Below, one piece after another: positions 1 through 8,732 of a stretch of 37,055 nucleotides of DNA. The stretch lies in sequence record DRR723986_5535; one strand, written 5' to 3'. Under the pieces are notes generated by a model. The model saw only the letters and a list, made by a program, of their open reading frames with translations, had not been told where the DNA came from and made no database searches. The translations under genes and the position numbers were made by a program. Each line of letters opens with the position of its first letter. Position 1 is the stretch's first letter.

Positions 1-1038
1 AACTTCCCGCTGGCCATCTTCACCGGCCAGCTCGCCGCGGCGCTTGCCGCCGGCAACACGGTCGTGGCCAAGCCTGCGGAACAATCGCCGCTGATCGCAT
101 TTGAAGCCGTGAAGCTGTTCCACAGGGCCGGCCTGCCGGTGGATGCGCTGCACCTGCTGCCCGGTAAAGGCGAGACGGTCGGCGCGAAGCTGACTTCAGA
201 TCTTCGAATCTCCGGCGTCTGCTTTACCGGCGGCACGAACACGGCCCGCCTGATCAACCGCACACTGGCAGAGCGGGACGGGCCGATCATTCCGCTGATC
301 GCGGAGACCGGCGGCCTCAACGGCCTGTTCGTGGATACGACCGCCCTGCGCGAGCAGGTGCTCGATGACATGATCATCTCCGCCTTCGGTTCCGCCGGCC
401 AGCGCTGTTCGGCGCTGCGCGTTGCCTTCCTTCCCAAGGCGACCGCCGATCACCTGATCGAGGGCCTGATCGGTGCGATGAATGAGCTGAAGCTCGGCGA
501 TCCGGTCCAACCCGATACCGATATCGGCCCGGTCATCGATGCGGAGTCCCGCGACATGCTGCAGGCCCATCTCGACGACATGAAGTCGCGGGCAAAAGTC
601 CTGCACCAGATTGATGCCGGTGTCATCGGTGCGGAAGGCTATGGTTTCGGCCCGGCGCTGGTAGAGCTGTCCTCACTCGATCAGATCACGGAAGAGAAGT
701 TCGGGCCGATCCTGCATATCATCCGGTACGATCCGGACGACATTGATGAAGTCGGCGCGAAACTCCACGCCAAGGGCTATGGCCTCACGCTGGGCGTGCA
801 TTCGCGTCTCGACAGCTTCTACAAGGAAGTCCGCGAGGCCTGTCCGGTGGGCAACACCTATGTGAACCGGTCGATGATCGGGGCCGTGGTGGGCGTCCAG
901 CCCTTTGGCGGGGAAGGCCTTTCCGGCACCGGCCCCAAAGCGGGCGGGCCGCATTATCTTCATCGCTTCGCCGCAGAAAGGGCGCTGACCGTGAATATCA
1001 CGGCACAAGGTGGTGACGCCGAACTGCTCAGCCTGTAG
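1..1038 (+). CDS. putA: Bifunctional proline dehydrogenase/P5C (GSAL) dehydrogenase PutA, C-terminal part (5' end outside window)
   Basis: Frame is open from base 1 (NFPLAIFTGQLAAALAAGNTVVAKPAEQ). ALDH motifs FTGGT, ETGG, SAGQRCSALR, EKFGP; PutA-typical end VGVQPFGGEGLSGTGPKAGGPHYL. Confidence 0.95.
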   Translation, partial: NFPLAIFTGQLAAALAAGNTVVAKPAEQSPLIAFEAVKLFHRAGLPVDALHLLPGKGETVGAKLTSDLRISGVCFTGGTNTARLINRTLAERDGPIIPLIAETGGLNGLFVDTTALREQVLDDMIISAFGSAGQRCSALRVAFLPKATADHLIEGLIGAMNELKLGDPVQPDTDIGPVIDAESRDMLQAHLDDMKSRAKVLHQIDAGVIGAEGYGFGPALVELSSLDQITEEKFGPILHIIRYDPDDIDEVGAKLHAKGYGLTLGVHSRLDSFYKEVREACPVGNTYVNRSMIGAVVGVQPFGGEGLSGTGPKAGGPHYLHRFAAERALTVNITAQGGDAELLSL

Positions 1039-1047
1039 AGAATAGCG

Positions 1048-1917
1048 ATGAAACACGCCCTGCTTCTGTCCGCTGCCCTGATGCTGGCAGCTGTTCCGGC
1101 TGCCTGCGGACAGGCGGGCGAGACGGCTGAGACGGCTGAGACGCCCAACACCGTGGTCAAGGTGGCCGGGTCCGACGGTGCGGCGACGGATCCGCAGGGC
1201 ATGTCCGCAGCGGACATGCCGCGCTTCCTTCTTGCGGACACCGAGACTCTGAAGGCCGACGTCCGGTTCGAGGATGCGCTCTTTTCCTTCAATCCGGCCA
1301 TTGCGGCAGACCTCATCGAAGATGCGAATGGCCGGATCGAGGCCATGCAGGAAGATGCAGACACCTACAAGGAAGCCGACCCGGAATATTTCCGGCCCTA
1401 TGGCCTGAAGATCGACTGGCGTGTCACCGGTGCGGCCGGAACACTCGCCGGGCTGGAAGGGTTCATCTTCACCTTCACCGGCGGGGCGCATGGCAACTAC
1501 ATGACCGATGCGCGCATCTATGACACGGAAACCGGCGAGCGGATGCGGGTAGGGGACCTGTTTGCAGACCGCGCCACTGCCGCCAGCGCACTTGCCCCTA
1601 TCGTGGCCGAAGGCATAGCCGAGGCGAAGGTCCAGCGCAGCGGGTCACCTGAAAGCCGGGAAACCTTCCTCGGCGAAGCAAAAGACGCGCTCGGGAACCT
1701 CGATGTCCTCTCAGGGGAGATCAGCCTGGTTGCGTCCACCGAAGCGGAAAAGCTCGGCGGGATCGTCCTGCATTTTGCCCCCTACGAAATCGGTTCGTAT
1801 GCGGAAGGGGCTTATCACATCACCCTGCCGCAGGCCGGTTTCCATGACCTGTTGAAGCCGGAATATGCAGACTTGTTTGCCGGAGACCCGGCAGACATTC
1901 AGCGCTTCGGCGACTGA
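1048..1917 (+). CDS. DUF3298/DUF4163 (RsiV/PdaC-like) lipoprotein
   Basis: Signal peptide ending PAAC; motifs FTGGAHGN and HFAPYEIGSYAEG are typical of DUF3298/RsiV-like proteins. Confidence 0.75.
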   Translation: MKHALLLSAALMLAAVPAACGQAGETAETAETPNTVVKVAGSDGAATDPQGMSAADMPRFLLADTETLKADVRFEDALFSFNPAIAADLIEDANGRIEAMQEDADTYKEADPEYFRPYGLKIDWRVTGAAGTLAGLEGFIFTFTGGAHGNYMTDARIYDTETGERMRVGDLFADRATAASALAPIVAEGIAEAKVQRSGSPESRETFLGEAKDALGNLDVLSGEISLVASTEAEKLGGIVLHFAPYEIGSYAEGAYHITLPQAGFHDLLKPEYADLFAGDPADIQRFGD

Positions 1918-1920
1918 CCC

Positions 1921-2361
1921 CTAGTCTCTGCAGGCGCGGAAGGCGAAGCCCTGGCCTTTTGAGCCGTCGATCAAAGAAATCTCGGCTGTCATCCGGTCGC
2001 CGTCACGGGTGTAGCGGATGCGTTGGGGGTAATCATGGCTGGCGTCTGCAAAGACGATGAAGTTTTCGCCACGCTCGATTTCCCTGAAGGGGGATGGGCC
2101 CCTGCCGCCCGGATAGGCGTTGAACGTGAAGGCCTCACCGGGGGCGATGCGGGATTGTTCGAAGAAGGTGACGGCATCGCCCTTGAGCGACATCGCATAG
2201 CCGAACAGGTAGCCGTGATCCGGCGCCGACCAGACTTCGCGATAGTCGCCGTCGGCGTTCTCCCAGCAACCGCTGATCCAGCCGAGAGGATGATCGCTGT
2301 CAGGCACGGGAACCGCGCGACAACCTCCCAGCAGGAGGCAGGCGGCCAGCACGCGGATCAT
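1921..2361 (-). CDS. DUF6265-like lipoprotein
   Basis: Lipobox LLGGC; LGWISGCW, EVW, FFEQ and HDYPQRIRY pattern. Confidence 0.65.
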   Translation of the reverse strand: MIRVLAACLLLGGCRAVPVPDSDHPLGWISGCWENADGDYREVWSAPDHGYLFGYAMSLKGDAVTFFEQSRIAPGEAFTFNAYPGGRGPSPFREIERGENFIVFADASHDYPQRIRYTRDGDRMTAEISLIDGSKGQGFAFRACRD

Positions 2362-2485
2362 GACTTGCCCGGAAATGCATTTTGGTGAGCCACGACTTCC
2401 CCCCTGAGCCCCGTGCCTCAGAATAGGAGCTCCGCCACAGAATAGGCAATAGGGGAAAGAAACCCGGCCTGATATGGAGAATCGG

Positions 2486-2557
2486 GCCGTATATATCGTC
2501 CATAAATGGTCTGTATATTGTGTTCTTTATTGTCCGGAGGGCGAACTTATCCCCCCC
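2486..2557 (-). repeat. Intergenic element copy 1 (G7-ATA plus four ACRAT-like units)
   Basis: Reverse complement GGGGGGGATAAGTTCGCCCTCCGG-ACAATAAAGAAC-ACAATATACAG-ACCATTTATGG-ACGATATATAC aligns with 28338-28420. Confidence 0.75.
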
Positions 2558-2559
2558 TC

Positions 2560-2991
2560 TCAGTCACTGCTCACCTTGAAGTGGGCCAGCAGGCTGGTGA
2601 CCGGTTTTGATCGCTCGTCCTGCCAGGCTTCGGCCCGGACCGAGCACATGCGCCGGCCCATTTTGGTGATGGTCGCGCGCGCAAACGTGTCCTTGGCATG
2701 GCCCTGGCGGAGATAGTCGATCGTCAGGTTGATCGGCCGGGGCGGGCGTTCCAGATGTTCGGTCACGAGGTAGACCTGCGCCATGGCGGTCAGCTCCAGA
2801 AAGGCGGCAATGGCGCCGCCATGCAGGGCCTGGATCGTGAAATTGCCGATCAGTTTCTGCTGGAACGGCATGATGGCTGTCATCTCGTCGCCCATGACTT
2901 CACAGCGCATGCCGATTTCCTGCGCGAAGGGCGTACGGCCGAGGAAGGCCTGAACCTGTTCGCCGCGGGTGGGGAGAAGTTCGTCGGCCAT
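2560..2991 (-). CDS. PaaI family (hotdog-fold) thioesterase
   Basis: LIGN...ALHGGAIAAFLE, INLTIDYLR; overlaps the upstream paralog by one base (TGATG). Confidence 0.9.
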   Translation of the reverse strand: MADELLPTRGEQVQAFLGRTPFAQEIGMRCEVMGDEMTAIMPFQQKLIGNFTIQALHGGAIAAFLELTAMAQVYLVTEHLERPPRPINLTIDYLRQGHAKDTFARATITKMGRRMCSVRAEAWQDERSKPVTSLLAHFKVSSD

Positions 2992-3470
2992 CAGAATTCC
3001 CTCAGCGACTCGACCGAGCGCGGCTTGTTGATGGCAAAGGCGCCGGCAGCGGTGGCGATCACCTTGTCCCGGCTCTCATGATAGGCCCAGGCATGGGTGA
3101 AGCAGACATTGCGGGTGATGTGGTAGCACTCGGCCTCGCCCAGGATTTCCCGGTGCGGTTCGGCCGGGCGCATATAGTCGATGCGCAAGTCCAGCGTGGA
3201 GACGAAACGGGCCTTTTCGAGCGAGGAGCTCGCTGCCATGCCCGAGAGATTGTCGAGGAAAGACGTCAGCACGCCGCCATGGATCACGCCGGTATCGGGG
3301 TCGCCAACAAGGCGCTCCTTCCAGGGCTGCACGCCCCAGACACGGCCCTTTTCCAGCTTCGTCACGCGGAAGCTCATCCGGCGTCCCCACGGGATGCCGC
3401 CGGTCATGATGTCCAGGTTTTCTCCCATAACCTGCCATGGTTCGGCAGTTGGCGTGGCGTCATCTTCCAT
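2991..3470 (-). CDS. PaaI family (hotdog-fold) thioesterase
   Basis: LVGDPDTGVIHGGVLTSFLD, TLDLRIDYMRPA; start set at ATG 3470 behind a GAGG SD. Confidence 0.9.
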   Translation of the reverse strand: MEDDATPTAEPWQVMGENLDIMTGGIPWGRRMSFRVTKLEKGRVWGVQPWKERLVGDPDTGVIHGGVLTSFLDNLSGMAASSSLEKARFVSTLDLRIDYMRPAEPHREILGEAECYHITRNVCFTHAWAYHESRDKVIATAAGAFAINKPRSVESLREF

Positions 3471-3560
3471 ATGGGCCCTCATTCATTTGACCTGCATTTC
3501 GCCTCAGATAACATCCGCAAGGGCGAGAACATACATATGACCTGAGGTCAGGAGGAAACA

Positions 3561-4892
3561 ATGGCATTTGAGGGAACGGGCAAGCCGAAAACCTGCATTA
3601 TCGGCGCAGGATGTTCGGGCTTCACGATGGCGAAGCGGTTGAAAGACCGGGGCCTGCCCTATGATTGTTTCGAGATGTCGGACAATATCGGCGGGAACTG
3701 GTACTACAAGAACCCCAATGGTGCCTCGTCCTGCTACCAGTCGCTGCACATCGATACGTCGAAGTGGCGCCTCGCGTTCGAGGACTACCCTGTGCCGGAA
3801 GACTGGCCGGATTTCCCGCATCACGCCCAGCTGCTGCAGTACTTCCACGACTATGTGGATCATTTCGGCCTGCGCGAGACGATCACCTTCAATACGGCTG
3901 TCACGAATGTCGAAGACCTGCCGGGCGGGCGCTGGAAAGTGACATTATCGACCGGTGAGACGCGCGAATATGATGCCGTCGCGGTCGCAAACGGTCACCA
4001 CTGGGACCCGCGCACGCCCACCTATCCCGGGCATTTCGATGGTTACCAGGTCCACTCCCACAACTATACCGACCCGTTCGAGCCTTATGACTTCCGCGGC
4101 AAGCGCGTGATGATCGTCGGGGCAGGGAACTCCGCGATGGACATTTCCTCGGAACTGTCCCAGCGCCCGCTGGCGGAGAAGCTGTTCATCTCCATGCGCC
4201 GGGGCGTCTGGGTGATGCCGAAATACATGGACGGCAAGCCGGCCGACAAGGCGGTGCTGCCGGCCTGGATGCCGGCCAGCCTTGGGCGCAAGCTCGCGCG
4301 CAAGAAGATCAAGAAAACCATCGGCATGATGGAAGACTATGGCCTCCCGAAGCCGGACCATGAGCCGCTGGAGGGGCACCCGTCGGTCTCCGGCGAGTTC
4401 CTGACCCGCGTTGGCTGCGGCGACATCACGCCGAAACCCGGGATCGAGAAGCTGGACGGCGACGGAGTCGTCTTCACTGACGGCACGCGCGAGAAGGTCG
4501 ATGCGATCGTCTGGGCGACGGGCTACAATGTGACCTTCCCCTTCCTGAAGCAGGACGATCTCACGCCGAAGGACAATGTCTTCCCGCTCTACAAGCGTAT
4601 GGTGAAACCGGGCCGCGAGACGATCTTCTTCCTGGGGCTGGCCCAGCCGCTGCCGACGCTGGTGAACTTTGCCGAACAGCAGTCCAAGCTGGTGGCCGCG
4701 GCCCTTGATGGCGAGTATGCTTTCCCCGATGCTGCCGAAATGGAACGCATTACAGTGGCGGACGAGAAGGAGCACCTCGGGCACTTCTATGACAGCCCGC
4801 GCCACCGCATGCAGGTGGATTTCAACCTCTATTGCCGGGACCTCTTGAAGGAGATCGAAAAAGGCATGAAACGCGCGAAAGTACCCGCATGA
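3561..4892 (+). CDS. Flavin-containing monooxygenase (class B, FMO-like)
   Basis: Two Rossmann motifs (IIGAGCSG, IVGAGNSA), GGNW, fingerprint FDGYQVHSHNY, ATGY; AGGAGG SD. Confidence 0.92.
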   Translation: MAFEGTGKPKTCIIGAGCSGFTMAKRLKDRGLPYDCFEMSDNIGGNWYYKNPNGASSCYQSLHIDTSKWRLAFEDYPVPEDWPDFPHHAQLLQYFHDYVDHFGLRETITFNTAVTNVEDLPGGRWKVTLSTGETREYDAVAVANGHHWDPRTPTYPGHFDGYQVHSHNYTDPFEPYDFRGKRVMIVGAGNSAMDISSELSQRPLAEKLFISMRRGVWVMPKYMDGKPADKAVLPAWMPASLGRKLARKKIKKTIGMMEDYGLPKPDHEPLEGHPSVSGEFLTRVGCGDITPKPGIEKLDGDGVVFTDGTREKVDAIVWATGYNVTFPFLKQDDLTPKDNVFPLYKRMVKPGRETIFFLGLAQPLPTLVNFAEQQSKLVAAALDGEYAFPDAAEMERITVADEKEHLGHFYDSPRHRMQVDFNLYCRDLLKEIEKGMKRAKVPA

Positions 4893-5560
4893 GGCAGCTG
4901 CTGGGGGCTGCACTCACGCTTATTTTCCTTGCTGGCTGTGCCTCTTCGCCGGCCCCGACACAGGTGCGGACCTACACGCCGCCGCCGGGGCCGCCGCAGG
5001 TCACTGCCGCGCAGGGCAGCTTCCAGCCGAATGCCTATCTCCGCTCCTGCGGGGGCATCTACGTCACCAATGCACCGCCCATGGACCGCGATTTCTGGGT
5101 GGTCGATTACAAGCCGATCATTGTTGTCGGCTCGGTCGTTCTGGCGACGGCGCCAGCGAACGATGTCTGCCTCTCTTCGGGGTTTGGCATCCGCTCGGCG
5201 CGGCGCCATGACGGGATCGACCTGCAATCCATTCCGGCGGGGCCGATCTATGCCGCTGCGCCGGGGCGCATCCTCGAAGCGCGCGTCTCGACCGGCTATG
5301 GCAATATGGTCCTGATCGATCATGGCGGGGGCGTCTACACGCGCTACGCCCACCTTGCGTACTTTGCTCAGGGGATCCGTACTGGCGCTGAAGTGGGTTT
5401 CGGGCAGGAGCTGGGCATGATGGGCAGGTCTGGCAATGCGACAGCCGTCCACCTTCATTTCGAGATCCTGACGGGCAACTACAATAATCCGAAAGGGTCC
5501 AAAGGGCTGGCGCCCCGCAACCCGTTCGAGTTTCCGGCCTACGATCCAGCGGGCAGCTGA
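4889..5560 (+). CDS. M23 family metallopeptidase, lipoprotein
   Basis: ATGA overlap with the FMO stop; lipobox LAGC; HDGID (HxxxD), TRYAHL and HLHFEI zinc motifs. Confidence 0.9.
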   Translation: MRQLLGAALTLIFLAGCASSPAPTQVRTYTPPPGPPQVTAAQGSFQPNAYLRSCGGIYVTNAPPMDRDFWVVDYKPIIVVGSVVLATAPANDVCLSSGFGIRSARRHDGIDLQSIPAGPIYAAAPGRILEARVSTGYGNMVLIDHGGGVYTRYAHLAYFAQGIRTGAEVGFGQELGMMGRSGNATAVHLHFEILTGNYNNPKGSKGLAPRNPFEFPAYDPAGS

Positions 5561-5586
5561 TAAATAACAGGGTGGAGGGACAAGAC

Positions 5587-6171
5587 ATGGTGAGGCGCTT
5601 TTCGATCTGGGCCGCAGGCCTTGTCATTGCAGCCTGTGCGCAGGTGCCGGCAGTCCAGCCGCAAGCGGCGGCGCAAGAGGCAGTCGCTGATTATGGCTTC
5701 GGCGTGCTGGCAGACCTTGCCGGGACGCGCTGGCGCGGCGAACCCGGGGAGGCCGACAAGGAACACGGGCAGCCTGCGGACTATTCCGAATGGGACTGGG
5801 ACCTTGGCGGCAGCGTGCTGGTCAACCGCCACGTCCTGGAGGATGGCTCCTATGGGGGCTTGACCTATGTCCAGTTGTCGCGAACGCCTGGCGTACTGGA
5901 TTATGTCTACATCACCAGCGCGAACTTCCGCACCAGCGGGACGATGACTCTGAACGCCGACGGCAGCTGGACGGCTGAGGAAGATGTGAAAGGCCTGCCG
6001 CACGTTCTAAAAGTGCGCTCGACGGGCCGGAGACATGCCGACGGCACCATGTCAGGCGTGTCGGAATTCCTGGGCGATGACGGCGAATGGACGCCGGGCC
6101 ATAGCTTCACCTATACGCAGACGGATGCGCCCTTGCCGGAACTGGTTCCCGCAGGCAAAGCGCCGGAATGA
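5587..6171 (+). CDS. Hypothetical lipoprotein (predicted beta-rich)
   Basis: GGAGG SD, lipobox IAAC, LAGTRWRG; coupled to the next gene by ATGA. Confidence 0.7.
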   Translation: MVRRFSIWAAGLVIAACAQVPAVQPQAAAQEAVADYGFGVLADLAGTRWRGEPGEADKEHGQPADYSEWDWDLGGSVLVNRHVLEDGSYGGLTYVQLSRTPGVLDYVYITSANFRTSGTMTLNADGSWTAEEDVKGLPHVLKVRSTGRRHADGTMSGVSEFLGDDGEWTPGHSFTYTQTDAPLPELVPAGKAPE

Positions 6172-6863
6172 ACCGTTTTTTCGACCCTGACCTGTTTGCC
6201 CGGACCTATCGGGACCCGATGGCCTGGCTGACCCTGCTGGTCGACTTGCTGCCCATCATCGCCGTGGTGTTTTTCGGCTGGAAAGCTGTGCCGCTGGTGG
6301 CGCTCTACTGGCTGGAGAATTTGGTCATTGGCGCGTTCACCGTCCTGCGCATGATTGGCACGGCGGCGAACAATGTCCTGAACCTCGCAGGAGCGGCATT
6401 CATGGTACCATTCTTCACGGTCCATTACGGCATGTTCTGTTTTGGCCATGGTATCTTCCTGCGCGGCTTTGCGGGCGGAGAGGAAGGGTCGGGACCCTTC
6501 GGCGGTGGGCCCTTGTCGCTAATTGATTGGGCGCTCAGCACTGGCTCGCACATGATATGGTTCGTCATGGCGATCATTGGGGTGAATGCAATTTTCTATG
6601 TCACTGATTTCATCCTGCGCGGCGGGTATCGCGAAGCGGAACTCGGGGCCGAGATGTTTGCCCCTTACGGCCGGATCGTTACCCTGCACGTTGCGATCAT
6701 CCTGGGGGCAGGCCTGATGCTGGCAGTCGGCCAGCCGCTGCTCGGCGTGCTGATCCTGATCATCCTGCGCGTCGTGTTCGGCATGATCCTGAACATGCTT
6801 CGCCAACGGAAGATCGAGGGTGGCGGCAGCAAGCTCATGAATGCGGTAGCAGAAGCAGGATAG
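6168..6863 (+). CDS. DUF6498-like integral membrane protein
   Basis: LYWLENLVIG, FFTVHYGMFCFGHG, MFAPYGRIVTLHVAII; several TM segments. Confidence 0.8.
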   Translation: MNRFFDPDLFARTYRDPMAWLTLLVDLLPIIAVVFFGWKAVPLVALYWLENLVIGAFTVLRMIGTAANNVLNLAGAAFMVPFFTVHYGMFCFGHGIFLRGFAGGEEGSGPFGGGPLSLIDWALSTGSHMIWFVMAIIGVNAIFYVTDFILRGGYREAELGAEMFAPYGRIVTLHVAIILGAGLMLAVGQPLLGVLILIILRVVFGMILNMLRQRKIEGGGSKLMNAVAEAG

Positions 6864-6867
6864 GGCC

Positions 6868-7902
6868 ATGACACTGAACATTGCTGCGATCGAGGCACAG
6901 GCAGAGCTGCATCACCAGTACCTGCTCGGACTGGAATTGATGGTCGCAACGCGGGAAGGGCCAGAAGTCGTCGGCGACTGGATGTTCCGCCTGTTCCGCC
7001 GCCAGCATGAGGACAAGTTCCTGTCCTCCTTCCGCAAACTCGGCCTCGATGGCCTGCCGGACGCGGTGGCCTGCGCAAAGTATCACGTGCTTTCGAATGG
7101 TGTCGGCGGCGTGGCGGTCGAATACATGGAAGAGAGCGACACCAAGGCCTGGGTCCGCTTCCGTTATCCGCGCTGGATGTATGATGGCGCCGTGATCTGC
7201 GGCGTGCCGGTGGAGGCCAGCCGGGGCTTCCTGCGCGGCTGGTATGGCCAGAACGGTGTCTCGCTCGGCAATCCGCGCCTCGGCTTTGTCTGCGTATCGG
7301 AAGACATGACCGGCCAGTTCGGCCTCTGCGGATATTTCCGGGAATATGACCACGACCTGTCGGAAGAGGAGCGCCTCCGGTTCGCGCCGGACGAGCGCCC
7401 GCCGCCTTTCGATCCGGCGATGCAGCCGGAACCGCCCCCCGGGGAGTGGACGGCCGAGCGCCTTGCCAAGGCAAACCGGAACTATGCGGTCGAGTATATC
7501 CGCAACGGTGTGCGCGAATTGGTCAATGTACTGGGGCAGGACCGGGCGCTTGAGCTCTGCCACCTTGCTGCGCGCCTGACGGGCCTGCAGCATTTCCGGC
7601 GCATGGCGGATGCTGTCGGCGGCGTCGATGGCGGTCCGGCAGAGGCGGCCGAATTCCTGGCCGCCATGTTCGCCGGCATGGGCGATGAAGCCCGTATTGA
7701 CATTGCCGGAGATGGGGCCGTTGTGCGCCAGTCCGGGTTCCGGATCGTACGTGGTCTGGAGGGCGCTGAACGCGACAATCTCGTGTCCTGCTGGACCGAA
7801 ATCTGGCGCGGCGCTGTGCATTCTCAGCGGGCCTTCATGGATGTGGCCTGCGAACCGTCAGGAGATGGCCTGACTTGGCGGATCAGCCTCGCTGCAAGGT
7901 AA
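6868..7902 (+). CDS. Conserved hypothetical protein
   Basis: 344-codon ORF with normal codon bias starting 4 nt after the previous stop; no confidently recognised family. Confidence 0.8.
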   Translation: MTLNIAAIEAQAELHHQYLLGLELMVATREGPEVVGDWMFRLFRRQHEDKFLSSFRKLGLDGLPDAVACAKYHVLSNGVGGVAVEYMEESDTKAWVRFRYPRWMYDGAVICGVPVEASRGFLRGWYGQNGVSLGNPRLGFVCVSEDMTGQFGLCGYFREYDHDLSEEERLRFAPDERPPPFDPAMQPEPPPGEWTAERLAKANRNYAVEYIRNGVRELVNVLGQDRALELCHLAARLTGLQHFRRMADAVGGVDGGPAEAAEFLAAMFAGMGDEARIDIAGDGAVVRQSGFRIVRGLEGAERDNLVSCWTEIWRGAVHSQRAFMDVACEPSGDGLTWRISLAAR

Positions 7903-7982
7903 CCCGTATAAACCGCTGGCAATCCGGCAAACCCCTGATTCTTTTGAAACGAAATGCATTGCAGCCTTGCAGTGTTATAAAG

Positions 7983-8019
7983 TTGACACATGATGACGCC
8001 TTCGGCGACGATGCCGTCA
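7983..8019 (+). promoter_or_regulatory. Putative sigma70 promoter of tetR overlapped by an imperfect inverted repeat (candidate operator)
   Basis: TTGACA at 7983-7988; TGACGCCTTCG-GCGA-CGATGCCGTCA (7994-8019, 9/11 pairs) covers the spacer and -10 region. Confidence 0.45.
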
Positions 8020-8036
8020 GGTGAGGACGGGTATTC

Positions 8037-8660
8037 ATGACGATTGACGTGAAAACGGCAGGCAAATCCGGCAAACGTGCGCGTTCAAAAGCTGCGAACC
8101 GCCGGGCGATTCTGGATGCTGGCCGGCGCGTATTCGCTCGCATCGGGTTCGAAGCGACGACGGTGCGCGACATCATCCGGGAAACCGACCTCGCCGCGGG
8201 GACGTTCTACAACTACTTCAAGTCCAAGGAAGAAGTGTTCGAGGCAATCGCCGAGGATTCCACGCGCCACTTCCGGGAACTTCTGAAAGACGTCCGCGCC
8301 AGCGCCCGCACGGCGCATGACTACATGCACGACGCCTACTACGCCTATTTCAGCTTCATTGCCGAAGAGAACCGGCAGGCTCTGTCCGAAGGGGCGCCGC
8401 ACATGGCGCTGATCGGTGTCCGGGTGGATACGCCGGAAATGTCGGCCGTTGCCGCGGAAATCCGGTCGGACCTGGAGCGCATCCTGGCCGCGGATACCTC
8501 CTCTACCATCGATATCGATTATCTGACCGCTGCCGCCATCGGTACCGCCCGGGAAATGGGTGAAATCATGCTGCTGCGCCGGCCGGTCGATGTGGAGGGG
8601 GCGACCGAGTTCGCCTCGCGAATGCTGATGGCCGGCGTGAAGGAACTTGCCGCGAAGTAA
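8037..8660 (+). CDS. TetR/AcrR family transcriptional regulator
   Basis: AILDAGRRVFARIGFEATTVRDII...AGTFYNYFKSKEEVF helix-turn-helix. Confidence 0.95.
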   Translation: MTIDVKTAGKSGKRARSKAANRRAILDAGRRVFARIGFEATTVRDIIRETDLAAGTFYNYFKSKEEVFEAIAEDSTRHFRELLKDVRASARTAHDYMHDAYYAYFSFIAEENRQALSEGAPHMALIGVRVDTPEMSAVAAEIRSDLERILAADTSSTIDIDYLTAAAIGTAREMGEIMLLRRPVDVEGATEFASRMLMAGVKELAAK

Positions 8661-8732
8661 GCCTGTTGCCCCCTTGGCGAGCGAGGCGCGGCAGGTCTAA
8701 GCTTTGCCTGACAATACAACAGGGGAGCGGCC

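Noticed and set aside
1120-1143. GAGACGGCT tandem repeat (ETA-ETA-ET) in the lipoprotein linker
   Set aside because: In-frame low-complexity linker; no sign of phase variation.
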